Source: an uncultured virus (IMG/VR IMGVR_UViG_3300008255_000103)
Lineage: Duplodnaviria; Heunggongvirae; Uroviricota; Caudoviricetes
Strand: one strand, 5' to 3'
DNA length: 64,000 nucleotides
Virus record (IMG/VR): IMGVR_UViG_3300008255_000103
Coordinates: 1 to 64,000 of that record
In this document: positions 29,001 to 39,111 of the stretch, one piece after another
Layout: the number at the start of each line of letters is the position of its first letter
Position numbering within the stretch: position 1 is the stretch's first letter
Translations under genes and position numbers: made by a program
The notes under the pieces: generated by a model
Databases searched by the model: none
Seen by the model: the letters and a program-made list of their open reading frames with translations, nothing else
Told to the model about the DNA's origin: nothing

Positions 29001-31517
29001 TTATCCACACTTACTATTTTTACAGGCAGTACATAATACACAGCCTTCTTGATATACTAATGTCCCTTGTGCGCCACATGCAAGACATTTCTTCTCTGCA
29101 GTGAACGTACTTCCATCTTTAATATAAGTTTTTAGAACCCTAGCTATAACTCTAGAAAATGAAGTCATCTCAGAAAACTTATCTTTTGTTAATTGTTCAA
29201 CAACAAATTGAATTGGAGTTCCATGACGCATTGCTAATGAAATTGTTCTTGTAAATGCTCCATAATTCTTATTTTCAAAGATGTTCGCAATATCTTTTAA
29301 TATCATCTGATCGTCATCCTCACCTACGACTAAATTATAAGCAGTAATTCCATCAGAATTTTTACCATTTTTAACAATTTTTCCAGTTTTATATTTATTG
29401 GGTATGTCAATATACTTAGATAATCCGCCAAAGACTTCATATGGTTTGCCATTAATTAACCCAATAAAGATAGTCCAAGCTTCTCCATCAACCTTAGACT
29501 TCTTAATATGACATGGTAGTTCTAATGGTCTTTTTGGAGCAGTATTATATCCAATTTCATCGGGTCTATCAGATAATGATTTGTTTTTCTGAGAAGATTC
29601 TTCTTTAATCAATACTCCTGCACGACAACCATCACGATATACTGTAAATCCTTTACATCCTAATTCCCAAGCTTTCATATAAACTTCAGATACTAATTCT
29701 TTTGTTGCATCAGCTGGAAGGTTACATGTTTTACTAATAGAATGATCTACAGATTTTTGTGCAGCAGCTTGTACTTCAACAGAGGCTAACCAATCAATTT
29801 CTGTAGCTGTTGCGCCCCAATAGGGAGACTCTTCAATGTTAGTGTTACCAGTTATCTCCATCCATTTCTTAACACCAGGATGGTATATTGTAAATTCTTG
29901 CCATCTATCTCCCATTGCATCTATAAAATCAACTCTGGCATTTTTGTCAGACGGATTTATCTTCTTACGACGAACATACGTTAACATATATGCAGGCTCA
30001 ATTCCAGATGTTGTTTGAGTTAAAGTAGATACAGAACCGGTTGGTGCAGTAGTAGTTAAAGCAATATTACGACGACCAGTATTTTTCCACATAGCTTTAA
30101 CTGTTCTTCCAGCATCCTTCATAATACTATTTAAATAATTATGATTCTTTTCTTTCTTAAAATTAAAGATAGGGAAAGCACCACGTTCTTTAGCAAGAAT
30201 ACAAGAGGATGTATGGGCAGCAACAGCTAATGCTCTATAAATATCATAAGTTAATTTTACAGATTCTGGAGAGCCATATCTAACACCCATCATAGCCATA
30301 GTATCACCGAGAGCGGTTGGTCCTAGACCAGTTCTACGTCCACCCATGATAGCTTTTCTAATCTTTTCCCATAGATTAAGCTCAACAATTTTTGCCTCCA
30401 TAGGTTCAGGATCTGCTTTAACTTTAGCTATAATTCTATCAATACATTCAATTTCTAAATCAACGATATCATCCATTAATCTTTGAGCAATGATAGCATG
30501 TTTATGAAACAATTTATAATCGAAAGAGGCTTTAGGAGTAAATGGATTTTTCACATAAGATGAAATATTCAAGACTAATAATCTACAGGCATCATAAGCT
30601 GATAGAACAATTTCTCCACATGGATTTGTAGAAATTGATCCATAGCCTTCTTCTTCATAGATATCTGAAGGTGTATTATCTTTTACATGGTCCCAAAATA
30701 ATAAACCAGGTTCTGCATTATTCCAGGCAGAATCAACTATTTGATCCCATATATCTTTGGCTTTGATTTGTTTTATAATTCGTGCATCTTTTGCATTTTT
30801 ATCAACTGGCCAACGGAGAGTATAGTCTTCATTATCTTTTACTGCATTCATAAATTCATTGTATAAACGAATAGATATGTTTGCGCCAGTTACTCTCTTG
30901 CGATCACGTTTGATATTGATAAAAGTTTCAATCTCCGGATGTTTTCCAGAGATTGTAAGCATTTCGGCACCTCTTCGTCCATTTTGAGCGACCTCTCTAC
31001 ATGTATTAGAGAAGCGATCCATGAATACTCCAAGACCATCTGTAGTTTTTGCTGCGTTATTTGTTATAGCATCTTTTGGTCTTATTCCAGAAATATCTGC
31101 TCCACATCCACCACGACGTTTCATGATTTGTGCCAGCTCTTGATCAGCCAGCATAATACCACCATATGAATCTAATTTATCTGTATACACACCCTGAATT
31201 ACAAAACAATTAGAAAGGCTTTGTAATTGATATTTATTTCCAATAGCAGACATTGGACTTCCTTGCGGAACAATATATTTAAAACGTTCTAATAGACTAA
31301 AAATTTCCTCTTCTGTTAATGGATTTGGATATTTAGATTCTATTCTAGCAAATTCTTTTGCCAAACGATGGTGCATATCTTCTGGAGTTAATTCCAAATA
31401 AATGCCTTCTTGATTTTGTAAAGCATATTTATCAACAAAAACTTTGGCGGCGAACTCATCTCCGTTAAAATAATCTAGAGTCGCATCAAAAACCTGAGAG
31501 TATACGTATCCTGTCAT
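29001..31517 (-). CDS. nrdJ: Class II (adenosylcobalamin-dependent) ribonucleotide reductase
   Basis: SNCFV, RRGA, TNPCGE, RRTGLG, APTG, SISKTCN, YRDG motifs; C-terminal domain with CxxC...CxxC; no beta subunit nearby. Confidence 0.93.
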   Translation of the reverse strand: MTGYVYSQVFDATLDYFNGDEFAAKVFVDKYALQNQEGIYLELTPEDMHHRLAKEFARIESKYPNPLTEEEIFSLLERFKYIVPQGSPMSAIGNKYQLQSLSNCFVIQGVYTDKLDSYGGIMLADQELAQIMKRRGGCGADISGIRPKDAITNNAAKTTDGLGVFMDRFSNTCREVAQNGRRGAEMLTISGKHPEIETFINIKRDRKRVTGANISIRLYNEFMNAVKDNEDYTLRWPVDKNAKDARIIKQIKAKDIWDQIVDSAWNNAEPGLLFWDHVKDNTPSDIYEEEGYGSISTNPCGEIVLSAYDACRLLVLNISSYVKNPFTPKASFDYKLFHKHAIIAQRLMDDIVDLEIECIDRIIAKVKADPEPMEAKIVELNLWEKIRKAIMGGRRTGLGPTALGDTMAMMGVRYGSPESVKLTYDIYRALAVAAHTSSCILAKERGAFPIFNFKKEKNHNYLNSIMKDAGRTVKAMWKNTGRRNIALTTTAPTGSVSTLTQTTSGIEPAYMLTYVRRKKINPSDKNARVDFIDAMGDRWQEFTIYHPGVKKWMEITGNTNIEESPYWGATATEIDWLASVEVQAAAQKSVDHSISKTCNLPADATKELVSEVYMKAWELGCKGFTVYRDGCRAGVLIKEESSQKNKSLSDRPDEIGYNTAPKRPLELPCHIKKSKVDGEAWTIFIGLINGKPYEVFGGLSKYIDIPNKYKTGKIVKNGKNSDGITAYNLVVGEDDDQMILKDIANIFENKNYGAFTRTISLAMRHGTPIQFVVEQLTKDKFSEMTSFSRVIARVLKTYIKDGSTFTAEKKCLACGAQGTLVYQEGCVLCTACKNSKCG

Positions 31518-31561
31518 AATTCATCCTTGATAAGAATTAAGTTCAAACAAACAACATTACT

Positions 31562-32191
31562 TTATATTCTAATATGCTCTTTCATTATTGACAGAGAAGA
31601 ATTAATCAATTTAATACAACTTATTCTAGAGATATTAAGTTTCTTGCAAATTTTATTGATAGACATTGGCTTGTCTCCATCAAACCCATAAGCAAGGCTA
31701 ATAATTTCTTTTTGGTCATTATTTAAGAAAGATAGTGCTCCTTGAATAGCACGATTCACTTGAATTTCTTCCAATTCTTTATCTGGACAATATTTTTCTT
31801 CAATCAAAGTTGGCATTAATGCTTCTTTATGAGGAGTATTATTTTTAGCAACTTTTAATGGAAATCTAATTGTAGTATGTAGATTAGCGCTTCTAGAAAT
31901 TCTAGTATCAATATATTTGTGTGCCCACCAGAAAAAAGATCCTTTATTCTTATCGTAGTTATTCATAGACTTAATCAAGGCTTCAAAACCTTCTTGATTA
32001 AGATCATCATAATTGCTAAACGCCTTATAACGTCCCGTTTTCATTGTAACTAAATACTTGAATTTTGACATGCAAATACGTTCATGCTTTGTTAGCTGCT
32101 TTTTTATAGAGGGATCATCAGAGTTTTTGCTCTTTTCTCTGAGATCAATTAACGTAGTCATCAGGTCTTGGGCTTCTTGTTCTGTCAACAT
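31562..32191 (-). CDS. Phage-encoded sigma-70 family RNA polymerase sigma factor
   Basis: Region 2 DDLNQEGFEALIKS...YD.NKGSF..WA; region 4 LNNDQKEII...ICKKLNISR. Confidence 0.88.
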   Translation of the reverse strand: MLTEQEAQDLMTTLIDLREKSKNSDDPSIKKQLTKHERICMSKFKYLVTMKTGRYKAFSNYDDLNQEGFEALIKSMNNYDKNKGSFFWWAHKYIDTRISRSANLHTTIRFPLKVAKNNTPHKEALMPTLIEEKYCPDKELEEIQVNRAIQGALSFLNNDQKEIISLAYGFDGDKPMSINKICKKLNISRISCIKLINSSLSIMKEHIRI

Positions 32192-32272
32192 TCTTATCTC
32201 TCTCTCGAATAAAGTACTGATATACTTAATTATTGATACTAGTATAATATTACTAATTACTAATGAATTTCA

Positions 32273-32431
32273 CTAATTTCTTTTAGAAATCTCTTCTTCT
32301 AATAATTCAATAACCGATTCAATAGATGATTTTATAATCTCATCATCATCTAACTCTAATACAAATTTTAATAGATCTGCAATATGTTGCAAACGTTGTT
32401 TTGAATTTCTATTAGAAGGTGTTTTGGGCAT
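32273..32431 (-). CDS. Small hypothetical protein (52 aa), not in the ORF track
   Basis: MPKTPSNRNSKQRLQHIADLLKF...EEEISKRN fills the gap between genes. Confidence 0.55.
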   Translation of the reverse strand: MPKTPSNRNSKQRLQHIADLLKFVLELDDDEIIKSSIESVIELLEEEISKRN

Positions 32432-32434
32432 AAG

Positions 32435-32635
32435 TTAACTATAGCCATTGCTAGCCCAGCCGGAACCTCCGCGTTTTAATACGAAAATTCCGCCTGATGC
32501 GATTAATCTGGTTACCTTGTTGGGAGGATCAATATTTTCTTCCTTACACAATGGACATTCTGTAAGTTCCTCTTTTATAGAATGAGACTCCTCGAATTCT
32601 CCATGAATTTCACACTTGTATAAATACGTTGGCAT
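32435..32635 (-). CDS. FmdB-family zinc-ribbon protein
   Basis: MPTYLYKCxxH...CPLC...RLI...GSGW. Confidence 0.85.
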   Translation of the reverse strand: MPTYLYKCEIHGEFEESHSIKEELTECPLCKEENIDPPNKVTRLIASGGIFVLKRGGSGWASNGYS

Positions 32636-32689
32636 ATTATCCCTATAATCTAATTATGATATTTTTATTGTCAATCCCGACATTTTTTA

Positions 32690-32995
32690 TTATCTTTTTC
32701 TACGGTCCATTTTTGTCTGTAATTCATGATACTTAGATTCACCAAGCATATTTGCATATACATTAGTGTTATTAGCCATCTCTTTTTTAAGTTGCTTGGC
32801 GTCATTTTTACATTTATCAATTAAATCTTGACCGGTTAATTCGACAACCCCTTTACCACCAAGAGATATCATTCTTTTAGCTGTTTCTTGTAAACATTTT
32901 GGACATTGTGTTGGAGGATCCTGTTTAATTGAATATTCATCTTCCCATTCGTGTTTACACTCAGGGTTTTGACACTGATGCTCGTAAATAGCCAT
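32690..32995 (-). CDS. FmdB-family zinc-ribbon protein
   Basis: MAIYEHQC...C.H...CPKC...KRMIS. Confidence 0.8.
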   Translation of the reverse strand: MAIYEHQCQNPECKHEWEDEYSIKQDPPTQCPKCLQETAKRMISLGGKGVVELTGQDLIDKCKNDAKQLKKEMANNTNVYANMLGESKYHELQTKMDRRKR

Positions 32996-33183
32996 TATCT
33001 TTCCTTTGTTTCATTGACCAATAATCGATCTATTAGTCTATATTCTATATCATTAACCCAATTAGACTTTATAAAATTCTTGTGCTTTTCATTCTTAATT
33101 TCAAAAACTATAAATAGCTTTCCTGTTGTTTCTTCATATTCTAATCTAACAGCTTCACCAATGATTTCTTCATAATTTTTCAT
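32995..33183 (-). CDS. Hypothetical protein
   Basis: GAGG RBS; tiles the operon. Confidence 0.65.
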   Translation of the reverse strand: MKNYEEIIGEAVRLEYEETTGKLFIVFEIKNEKHKNFIKSNWVNDIEYRLIDRLLVNETKER

Positions 33184-33209
33184 GATTACCTCATTAGTTA
33201 AATGCCTTA

Positions 33210-34619
33210 TTATATGTCTAATAGTTCAATTTTTTCAGATATATCATCTGGGTCTCTCATGATAAATTCTGTAGTATCTTCATCAATCTTGTCATCCAAT
33301 AATGTGCCATTAGCCAAATTTTTAATAATACGACCTTTACCTAATTCACCATCTCTATTCTTTATTAAATGATACAACATGTCAGGATATTGTTTTTCAT
33401 TTGGTCTAGTTTCGATTTGTACAGCAATATTTGCGTTTTGTAAAATTAATGCTGAACGTCCGACTCTATGAAGACCAATCTTTTCTTCTGCATCTTTAGA
33501 TGGTTTTGCTCTATTAAGTTGAACTGCACTCAATACTATACAATTATGAACTCTAGCAAATTCATGGATTTTTTCAGCAATCTTACCTAGCTTTAACCAA
33601 TCTTCCATGTCTGCGCCTTCATACGCCATTAAACCCAGATAGTCAATTACAATAATTTTTGGATCGTAATTAGCTCGAACATCCTCGTAAATAAGTTCAA
33701 GACTTTCCATCGTTGCACCACGAGGAATGTCTATAATCTCAAACTCATAAGGATAGTTTTTAATAAAACGCAAAACCTTTTTAAGCTTTATTGCCTCATC
33801 AGGGTTTAAAGAGGCATTTCTAATTTTCTTTGAAGGGTTTCCGGACATACGCGATAATACACGGTTTAAACATGGTTTAAATGGCATCTCCAAAGAGAAA
33901 TATAAAACATTATTTCCTGATTTCCAGTCACCAGTCATGTCTATATTATTTTCTTGTAGCCACATCTGTACTGCTATGTTCATCAATAACATTGATTTAC
34001 CAGCACCAGATTCAGCCCCAATCAATAAAAGCTCTCCATCACGCAAACCATCCGTAGCATAATCTAAATATGAATATCCCGTCTTTATCCCCCTATCAAA
34101 ATTGGGATCGGTCATTTTTGCATTATATTCATCTCTAAAAATTGGAATCGCTTCTTTTAAAGTCTTTCTTTCATATGCTTTAACTTCGCTCAAGCTTTTT
34201 ATTGATTGCAAGGTTTTTTGCATATCTAAAACGGCTCTGCCTACATCCATGCTTCCTGGTTGTAATTTTACAAACTTATCCTTCATCGAAGAAAGCTCTC
34301 GTTCAGCATATCTGTTCTTAAACTTCTCAAGATCATGCTTAAACTCTGAGTCGACAATGTTTACCTTATCTAATTGCTCCCAAATTCCCTTAATATAAGC
34401 AATAAGTTTGTCGTTATTTCCTTTTTCAAGCTTTTCAGTTATTACTCTTAATGTTGGAATATCTTTATAAGTTTTGGTATAGCCAACTATTAAATTGGCT
34501 GCATTCCAGGCTTCTGCTGAAAATAATTTGGTATCACATTCATTTGCAAAATCTAATGCATGCTTCTTATTTGTGATAAGGTTTTTAAGAATAGTTAAAT
34601 CTAACTCTGGTAAACTCAT
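33210..34619 (-). CDS. dnaB: DnaB-like replicative helicase
   Basis: TGYSYLD, Walker A AESGAGKS, FSLEM, IVIDYL, AVQLNR, KNRDG. Confidence 0.92.
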   Translation of the reverse strand: MSLPELDLTILKNLITNKKHALDFANECDTKLFSAEAWNAANLIVGYTKTYKDIPTLRVITEKLEKGNNDKLIAYIKGIWEQLDKVNIVDSEFKHDLEKFKNRYAERELSSMKDKFVKLQPGSMDVGRAVLDMQKTLQSIKSLSEVKAYERKTLKEAIPIFRDEYNAKMTDPNFDRGIKTGYSYLDYATDGLRDGELLLIGAESGAGKSMLLMNIAVQMWLQENNIDMTGDWKSGNNVLYFSLEMPFKPCLNRVLSRMSGNPSKKIRNASLNPDEAIKLKKVLRFIKNYPYEFEIIDIPRGATMESLELIYEDVRANYDPKIIVIDYLGLMAYEGADMEDWLKLGKIAEKIHEFARVHNCIVLSAVQLNRAKPSKDAEEKIGLHRVGRSALILQNANIAVQIETRPNEKQYPDMLYHLIKNRDGELGKGRIIKNLANGTLLDDKIDEDTTEFIMRDPDDISEKIELLDI

Positions 34620-35320
34620 TATTTCTTCTTTCTAAAATCTTCACCAAAAACAGGAAATGTTTTTAGATAACCATGCATTAAACTATCAATGCTTTGTTTT
34701 AATGGACCATTAAAACTCTCAACTATATTGGGACTATTTGTACACATAAGCGTTGGTAATTTATTTTGACTACGACTTCTAAATACTCCCTCTAAACTGC
34801 GCGCATATAAATCAGCAGCATTTTCAGATGGCATAAATCTAGAATCAAACTCATCAATTACTAAAAAATCAACTAAAGCAAGTTCTCTCTTAGCTAAAAA
34901 CTTATCTTCGCCTATTCCTTGAGTTACAACATTAACAATGTCACTCAGCGTAGAATACAAACAAGAAAATCCCTTTTGACTAGCTTTCTTTAATATACAT
35001 GTAACAGTCATTGTTTTACCCAAACCATGACCTCCAGCAAAACATATTGAATTACCATTAATATATGATGATTTTAAATCTGCTGTATATTCATCGTATT
35101 TAACCAATAATCTTGGGTCGCCATGAAAATCTCTTTCCATCTTAAGAGTCCAATATTCTATTGGGATATTACTTTCGGCATATCGATTAACCGCAATCAT
35201 TTTTATTATTTTATCTTTAGGTTCGTCACTCCCATGTTCAATAACTGATAGAAGTTCTAATAGTTTTTTTCTAGGAATACTATTAAGAGATTTACTCCTT
35301 ACAAAATCTAATGAATCCAT
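34619..35320 (-). CDS. DnaC/IstB-like AAA+ ATPase (putative helicase loader)
   Basis: Walker A GGHGLGKT, Walker B LVIDE, R...LPTLMCTN; adjacent to dnaB. Confidence 0.8.
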   Translation of the reverse strand: MDSLDFVRSKSLNSIPRKKLLELLSVIEHGSDEPKDKIIKMIAVNRYAESNIPIEYWTLKMERDFHGDPRLLVKYDEYTADLKSSYINGNSICFAGGHGLGKTMTVTCILKKASQKGFSCLYSTLSDIVNVVTQGIGEDKFLAKRELALVDFLVIDEFDSRFMPSENAADLYARSLEGVFRSRSQNKLPTLMCTNSPNIVESFNGPLKQSIDSLMHGYLKTFPVFGEDFRKKK

Positions 35321-35766
35321 TATTTATTACCTTTTTTATTCAGTATATTTGGATAACCATATTGAACTGGTTTGACTTCAGTGATTTTATGATTATTCAG
35401 TCTAGCTGCAATTATTTTTTTTTCTTCTTCTATTGCGGCTAAGTGTAATTCTGATATTTTTTTAGCACGTAATGATATAGGATTTATTTCTGAAAAATCT
35501 GGATCTTCATTCTCATCTTTTTGTGTGGGAATAAATGGTTTAGGTCTATTTTCTCGATCTTCATATACACTTTCAGCTTTCGGGTTTTCCTCTTTCATAA
35601 CCTTAACAAGCATTATATCTTGCTCAGGATTTTGTATAATTAGATAGCTTTTACTATCTTCAGATCGTAAAATGAAATCTTCATCCCAAATATCTACAAT
35701 TCCTTCAACACTCGTTCCATTTCGAAATAATATCTTAACTAATTGACCTGGTACTAATTTTTTCAT
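35320..35766 (-). CDS. Hypothetical protein (possible N-terminal Sm/SH3-like fold)
   Basis: GQLVKILFRNGTSVEGIV beta pattern. Confidence 0.55.
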   Translation of the reverse strand: MKKLVPGQLVKILFRNGTSVEGIVDIWDEDFILRSEDSKSYLIIQNPEQDIMLVKVMKEENPKAESVYEDRENRPKPFIPTQKDENEDPDFSEINPISLRAKKISELHLAAIEEEKKIIAARLNNHKITEVKPVQYGYPNILNKKGNK

Positions 35767-36083
35767 AAAAATGCCTTTAACTTTTTTGTTTTCTTAAATA
35801 AACGAATTAATTCAGACTCTTTTGCATGAAGAATAGCGCACCGTGCCATAGAATCATTTAAAGTGATGTCATAGATATAATAAATAACTGTTATATCATC
35901 TGAGGACCAATCATAATCATTATTTTCTAATTCTGATAAACATATTTCTGCTATATCTTCTCTATCAATATTAACATGTATTGTAGCAAATCCAATATTA
36001 TATATGTTAATTACATCTACAATAAATTTGGAACTACAAACACCAACTTTAGAAAAAAAATCTATACAATTAAGTATCTTCAT
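35763..36083 (-). CDS. Hypothetical protein ending KLKAFL
   Basis: Coupled ORF (ATGA overlaps at both ends). Confidence 0.6.
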   Translation of the reverse strand: MKILNCIDFFSKVGVCSSKFIVDVINIYNIGFATIHVNIDREDIAEICLSELENNDYDWSSDDITVIYYIYDITLNDSMARCAILHAKESELIRLFKKTKKLKAFL

Positions 36084-36682
36084 ACAACTCTATCTAATAT
36101 AGACATATCTAAACCTAAACCTTCTACACTAACAAATGCATAATCTAGATCTGCTGGTTTATCTGTCATTTGTTTTAGAAATGCTAAATCACCATATGTA
36201 GAAATATTAAACCCAAAGGAACTGAAAATATCTTTATATTTATCGGGAAGCGGAGTTGAGCGATCAATAGAATTATTACTTAATTTACTATTCAATAACA
36301 CATTAAATTTGTATTCATTCATTATGCCTTCAACAGTCATAAAAGATATAGAGGTAAGCCTACGCTTAGCTTTAGTTACCTTATTTAAATAAACCCAATC
36401 AATATATTCTTTTAGAAGAACGGGGTCAGAGGTTAGGTTTGATGCCAACTTTTTAACTTGAAAAACCTCAAAAGATTTTGATGGCGCGGGGCTATTGAAT
36501 TTGAATTTGTACTTCACTTTATATGTGTCATAATACTTTTTGCAAAAATAACCTAAAATATGCGGGACTTTCCATTTAGAAGTATCTAAAGAATCAATCT
36601 CTTCAAATTTCTCAAAAAGCCGTTTATATTTCTCATTGGGAACATCATTTAAGTTATAATAAGAATCATTTAGTGAGTTCAT
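36080..36682 (-). CDS. Hypothetical protein in the replication cluster
   Basis: 200-aa ORF upstream of the DnaC/DnaB genes. Confidence 0.65.
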   Translation of the reverse strand: MNSLNDSYYNLNDVPNEKYKRLFEKFEEIDSLDTSKWKVPHILGYFCKKYYDTYKVKYKFKFNSPAPSKSFEVFQVKKLASNLTSDPVLLKEYIDWVYLNKVTKAKRRLTSISFMTVEGIMNEYKFNVLLNSKLSNNSIDRSTPLPDKYKDIFSSFGFNISTYGDLAFLKQMTDKPADLDYAFVSVEGLGLDMSILDRVV

Positions 36683-37485
36683 TGTATATTTCCTGAGTGT
36701 CTAGATCTTGTTACGCCGTCTAGAACATTTTGTTTTGAAGGATATGGTCTAAGATTTGTAAGACACCAACATTTATTGAAATTATCATCTGCCATAGACA
36801 TATATGGCAAATCAGATTGTGGAATAATATGGTCTATATTCCATGTCCATGTAGATTGATCATTGTCATTCCAAGTTTTTGAATCATATTTACCATAATT
36901 GCTCCAGTTCATCCAAGGCTCAAAGTGTTGTTCAAGATGTTGTTTTAGTTCCATTATTGTATAGGGCAAATACTGTAATATAGATTTCCCTGATTTTGAT
37001 CTATTATTGGCAGCTAAAGATATCCAAATACTTGTAGACAATCTGGATCTTAATTTAAAAGCAGGATCTATAGATTTTCTATTTTTTGAATATGAATTGT
37101 TTTTAAGGCGAATTTTATCTATGTTATTTTGAGCATATTGTTTTTGGTATTCTGCTATTTCTTGTTTATGATCTAAAATATATTGTTTGTGATATTCTTC
37201 AATCTTCTCTTTATTGTCTTTTGCATATTTTTTATTTCTAGATAATTCGCGTTCTTTATTGGTGATATAGAAATTTTTCCTGTAGACACTTCGCTCTTTT
37301 TGATGCTTAAGATAATATTCTTTATTATTTTTTGATATAGTCATCTTATTTTTTAATTTATATTCTTGCACTCTTTTATTATAGCACTCTTTACAACATT
37401 TTCTATACGCTTTAGAGTCGGCTCTAAAATGGAAACTATCTAATTCCTTGTCTTTACCACACATGTTGCACTTTATTGTATCCAT
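36679..37485 (-). CDS. Putative HNH-type homing endonuclease
   Basis: N-terminal CxxC...CxxC, Lys-rich linker, WNIDHIIP...NLRP...N core; paralogue of 48552..49262. Confidence 0.75.
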   Translation of the reverse strand: MDTIKCNMCGKDKELDSFHFRADSKAYRKCCKECYNKRVQEYKLKNKMTISKNNKEYYLKHQKERSVYRKNFYITNKERELSRNKKYAKDNKEKIEEYHKQYILDHKQEIAEYQKQYAQNNIDKIRLKNNSYSKNRKSIDPAFKLRSRLSTSIWISLAANNRSKSGKSILQYLPYTIMELKQHLEQHFEPWMNWSNYGKYDSKTWNDNDQSTWTWNIDHIIPQSDLPYMSMADDNFNKCWCLTNLRPYPSKQNVLDGVTRSRHSGNIQ

Positions 37486-37488
37486 GTT

Positions 37489-37596
37489 TTACCTCTGATT
37501 GCATACAATAATATGTACGGGTTTCCAATATAATTTGCGATAGTTTTCGTTCGGCGCGTCTGTCAACGAGCCGCCCGTGGTATCTTTTTCTTTCAT
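37489..37596 (-). pseudogene. Orphaned 5' stub of the 36080..36682 gene
   Basis: GGAG RBS plus MKEKDTTGGSLTDAPNENYRKLYWKPVHII versus LNDVPNEKYKRLF...WKVPHIL. Confidence 0.7.
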
Positions 37597-37638
37597 TATT
37601 AATCTCCAAATTACAATGTAATTACGAATGTTTACGCG

Positions 37639-39108
37639 TCAACCACTCTTCATTTCTTTGCATTTGATGACTCTGAAGCCTTTTTCTGAAGAATAAATTT
37701 CGGATCTAATTACCGAATGTTTTTTGAGAAATTTTATCTGATCGTAAAAATCAACAATAGCTGCAAACTTTTTACCAGGAAAATATCTAATAACTCTACC
37801 TATTCTTTGTAACGCTCTTATACTGCTCTTACCACCACCACATAACACTAAAGCATTTAACATAGGAATATCAACACCAAGATCAAAAATGGTACTGGCA
37901 AGAATAGCTTGAATTTCACCAGCAACTAACATTTCTTTTACTTCTGTACGCCTTTTAATAGAATCATTACCATACAGCATTTCACATTTAATACCAGCGT
38001 CAGTCATCATATCAAATAATAATTGACCATGTTTAATATGTTTAAACAAAATAAGTGGAGTATATTTTTTATCTAAAAGTTCTTTAGTTTGATCTATAAT
38101 AATTATATTTCTTATATCATTTTCAGTTATATAGCTTTTATATACTGTTTGATATTGTGCTAACGGCATACTCATATGTGGTACTGCAATAAACTTAATG
38201 ATAGGCTGAGCTAAGATTTTCTTTTCTATTAATTCAGATGCAGATACATCTACAATTTGTTCACCAAGAATACCATTAATTAATAAATCAGTGTTATCAT
38301 CTCTATATGGAGTTCCACTAAAACCATATATGTGTTCTGGATCAATGTTTTTATGTATTGATTGAATAGTATCACAAGTAACAACATGACACTCATCAAA
38401 TATATGTACTTTAGTTTGTTTTAATAACTTTATAATCTTCTCTTTTTGAGTTAAATCTACTTTTTCTTCACAAGAAATTTCGTCATCAGTACAAATGTTT
38501 TTCTTATTAATATTTAAAGCACTTCCAATTGTCCAAATACTAGCAATATTAATTCTCTCTATATTGCAAACACCATCACCAATATACCCTATTTTTTCCT
38601 TAAATAGAGTTGTAAATAAATCATGAGTTTGTTTTAATAAGTCTAAACCTATTACATATATAATGGTGGGTTTATTTAATCTGGCAGCTATCATAGCTGT
38701 GCAAAGTGTTTTGCCAGATCCAGTACAAGCTCTTACAATACCGTTACGAGAATTACAAGTAGCATCAACTATTCTATCTTGATAATCTCTGGGGACCATC
38801 TTAATCTTTTTCAATACTTTAGATAGATCTATTGGTTTATTTACTTTTAATGGCGGTCTTAAATCTTCAATAATATAAGTTTCATGATGATCTTTTAGAA
38901 ACTCTTCAACTACAGAAAGTAGTCCATAGAAAAAATTTCCTTTCTTACCTATTAGATAGGTTACGCCATTCCATCCATTTTTATATGCCTCGGTGTATTC
39001 AACACCATTCATCTTATAGGATAATTTTGAGCGTAATACTCTGAATAGACTGGCATCTTCTGTCACAAATTGACATGCCTTGTTGTCATGAATTATTATT
39101 TTATGCAT
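37639..39108 (-). CDS. Superfamily 2 DExH helicase (UvsW/XPB-like)
   Basis: PRDYQ, CTGSGKT, DECH, SGTP, GVDIP, QRIGR motifs. Confidence 0.92.
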   Translation of the reverse strand: MHKIIIHDNKACQFVTEDASLFRVLRSKLSYKMNGVEYTEAYKNGWNGVTYLIGKKGNFFYGLLSVVEEFLKDHHETYIIEDLRPPLKVNKPIDLSKVLKKIKMVPRDYQDRIVDATCNSRNGIVRACTGSGKTLCTAMIAARLNKPTIIYVIGLDLLKQTHDLFTTLFKEKIGYIGDGVCNIERINIASIWTIGSALNINKKNICTDDEISCEEKVDLTQKEKIIKLLKQTKVHIFDECHVVTCDTIQSIHKNIDPEHIYGFSGTPYRDDNTDLLINGILGEQIVDVSASELIEKKILAQPIIKFIAVPHMSMPLAQYQTVYKSYITENDIRNIIIIDQTKELLDKKYTPLILFKHIKHGQLLFDMMTDAGIKCEMLYGNDSIKRRTEVKEMLVAGEIQAILASTIFDLGVDIPMLNALVLCGGGKSSIRALQRIGRVIRYFPGKKFAAIVDFYDQIKFLKKHSVIRSEIYSSEKGFRVIKCKEMKSG

Positions 39109-39111
39109 ATC

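Noticed and set aside
37540..37600. GC-rich intergenic stretch as a tRNA/ncRNA
   Set aside because: No cloverleaf or T-loop motif; better explained as the coding stub of the 36080..36682 gene
29001..39108. Inteins or introns in nrdJ, dnaB or the SF2 helicase
   Set aside because: Proteins are of normal length with contiguous motifs; no intein-like insertions seen
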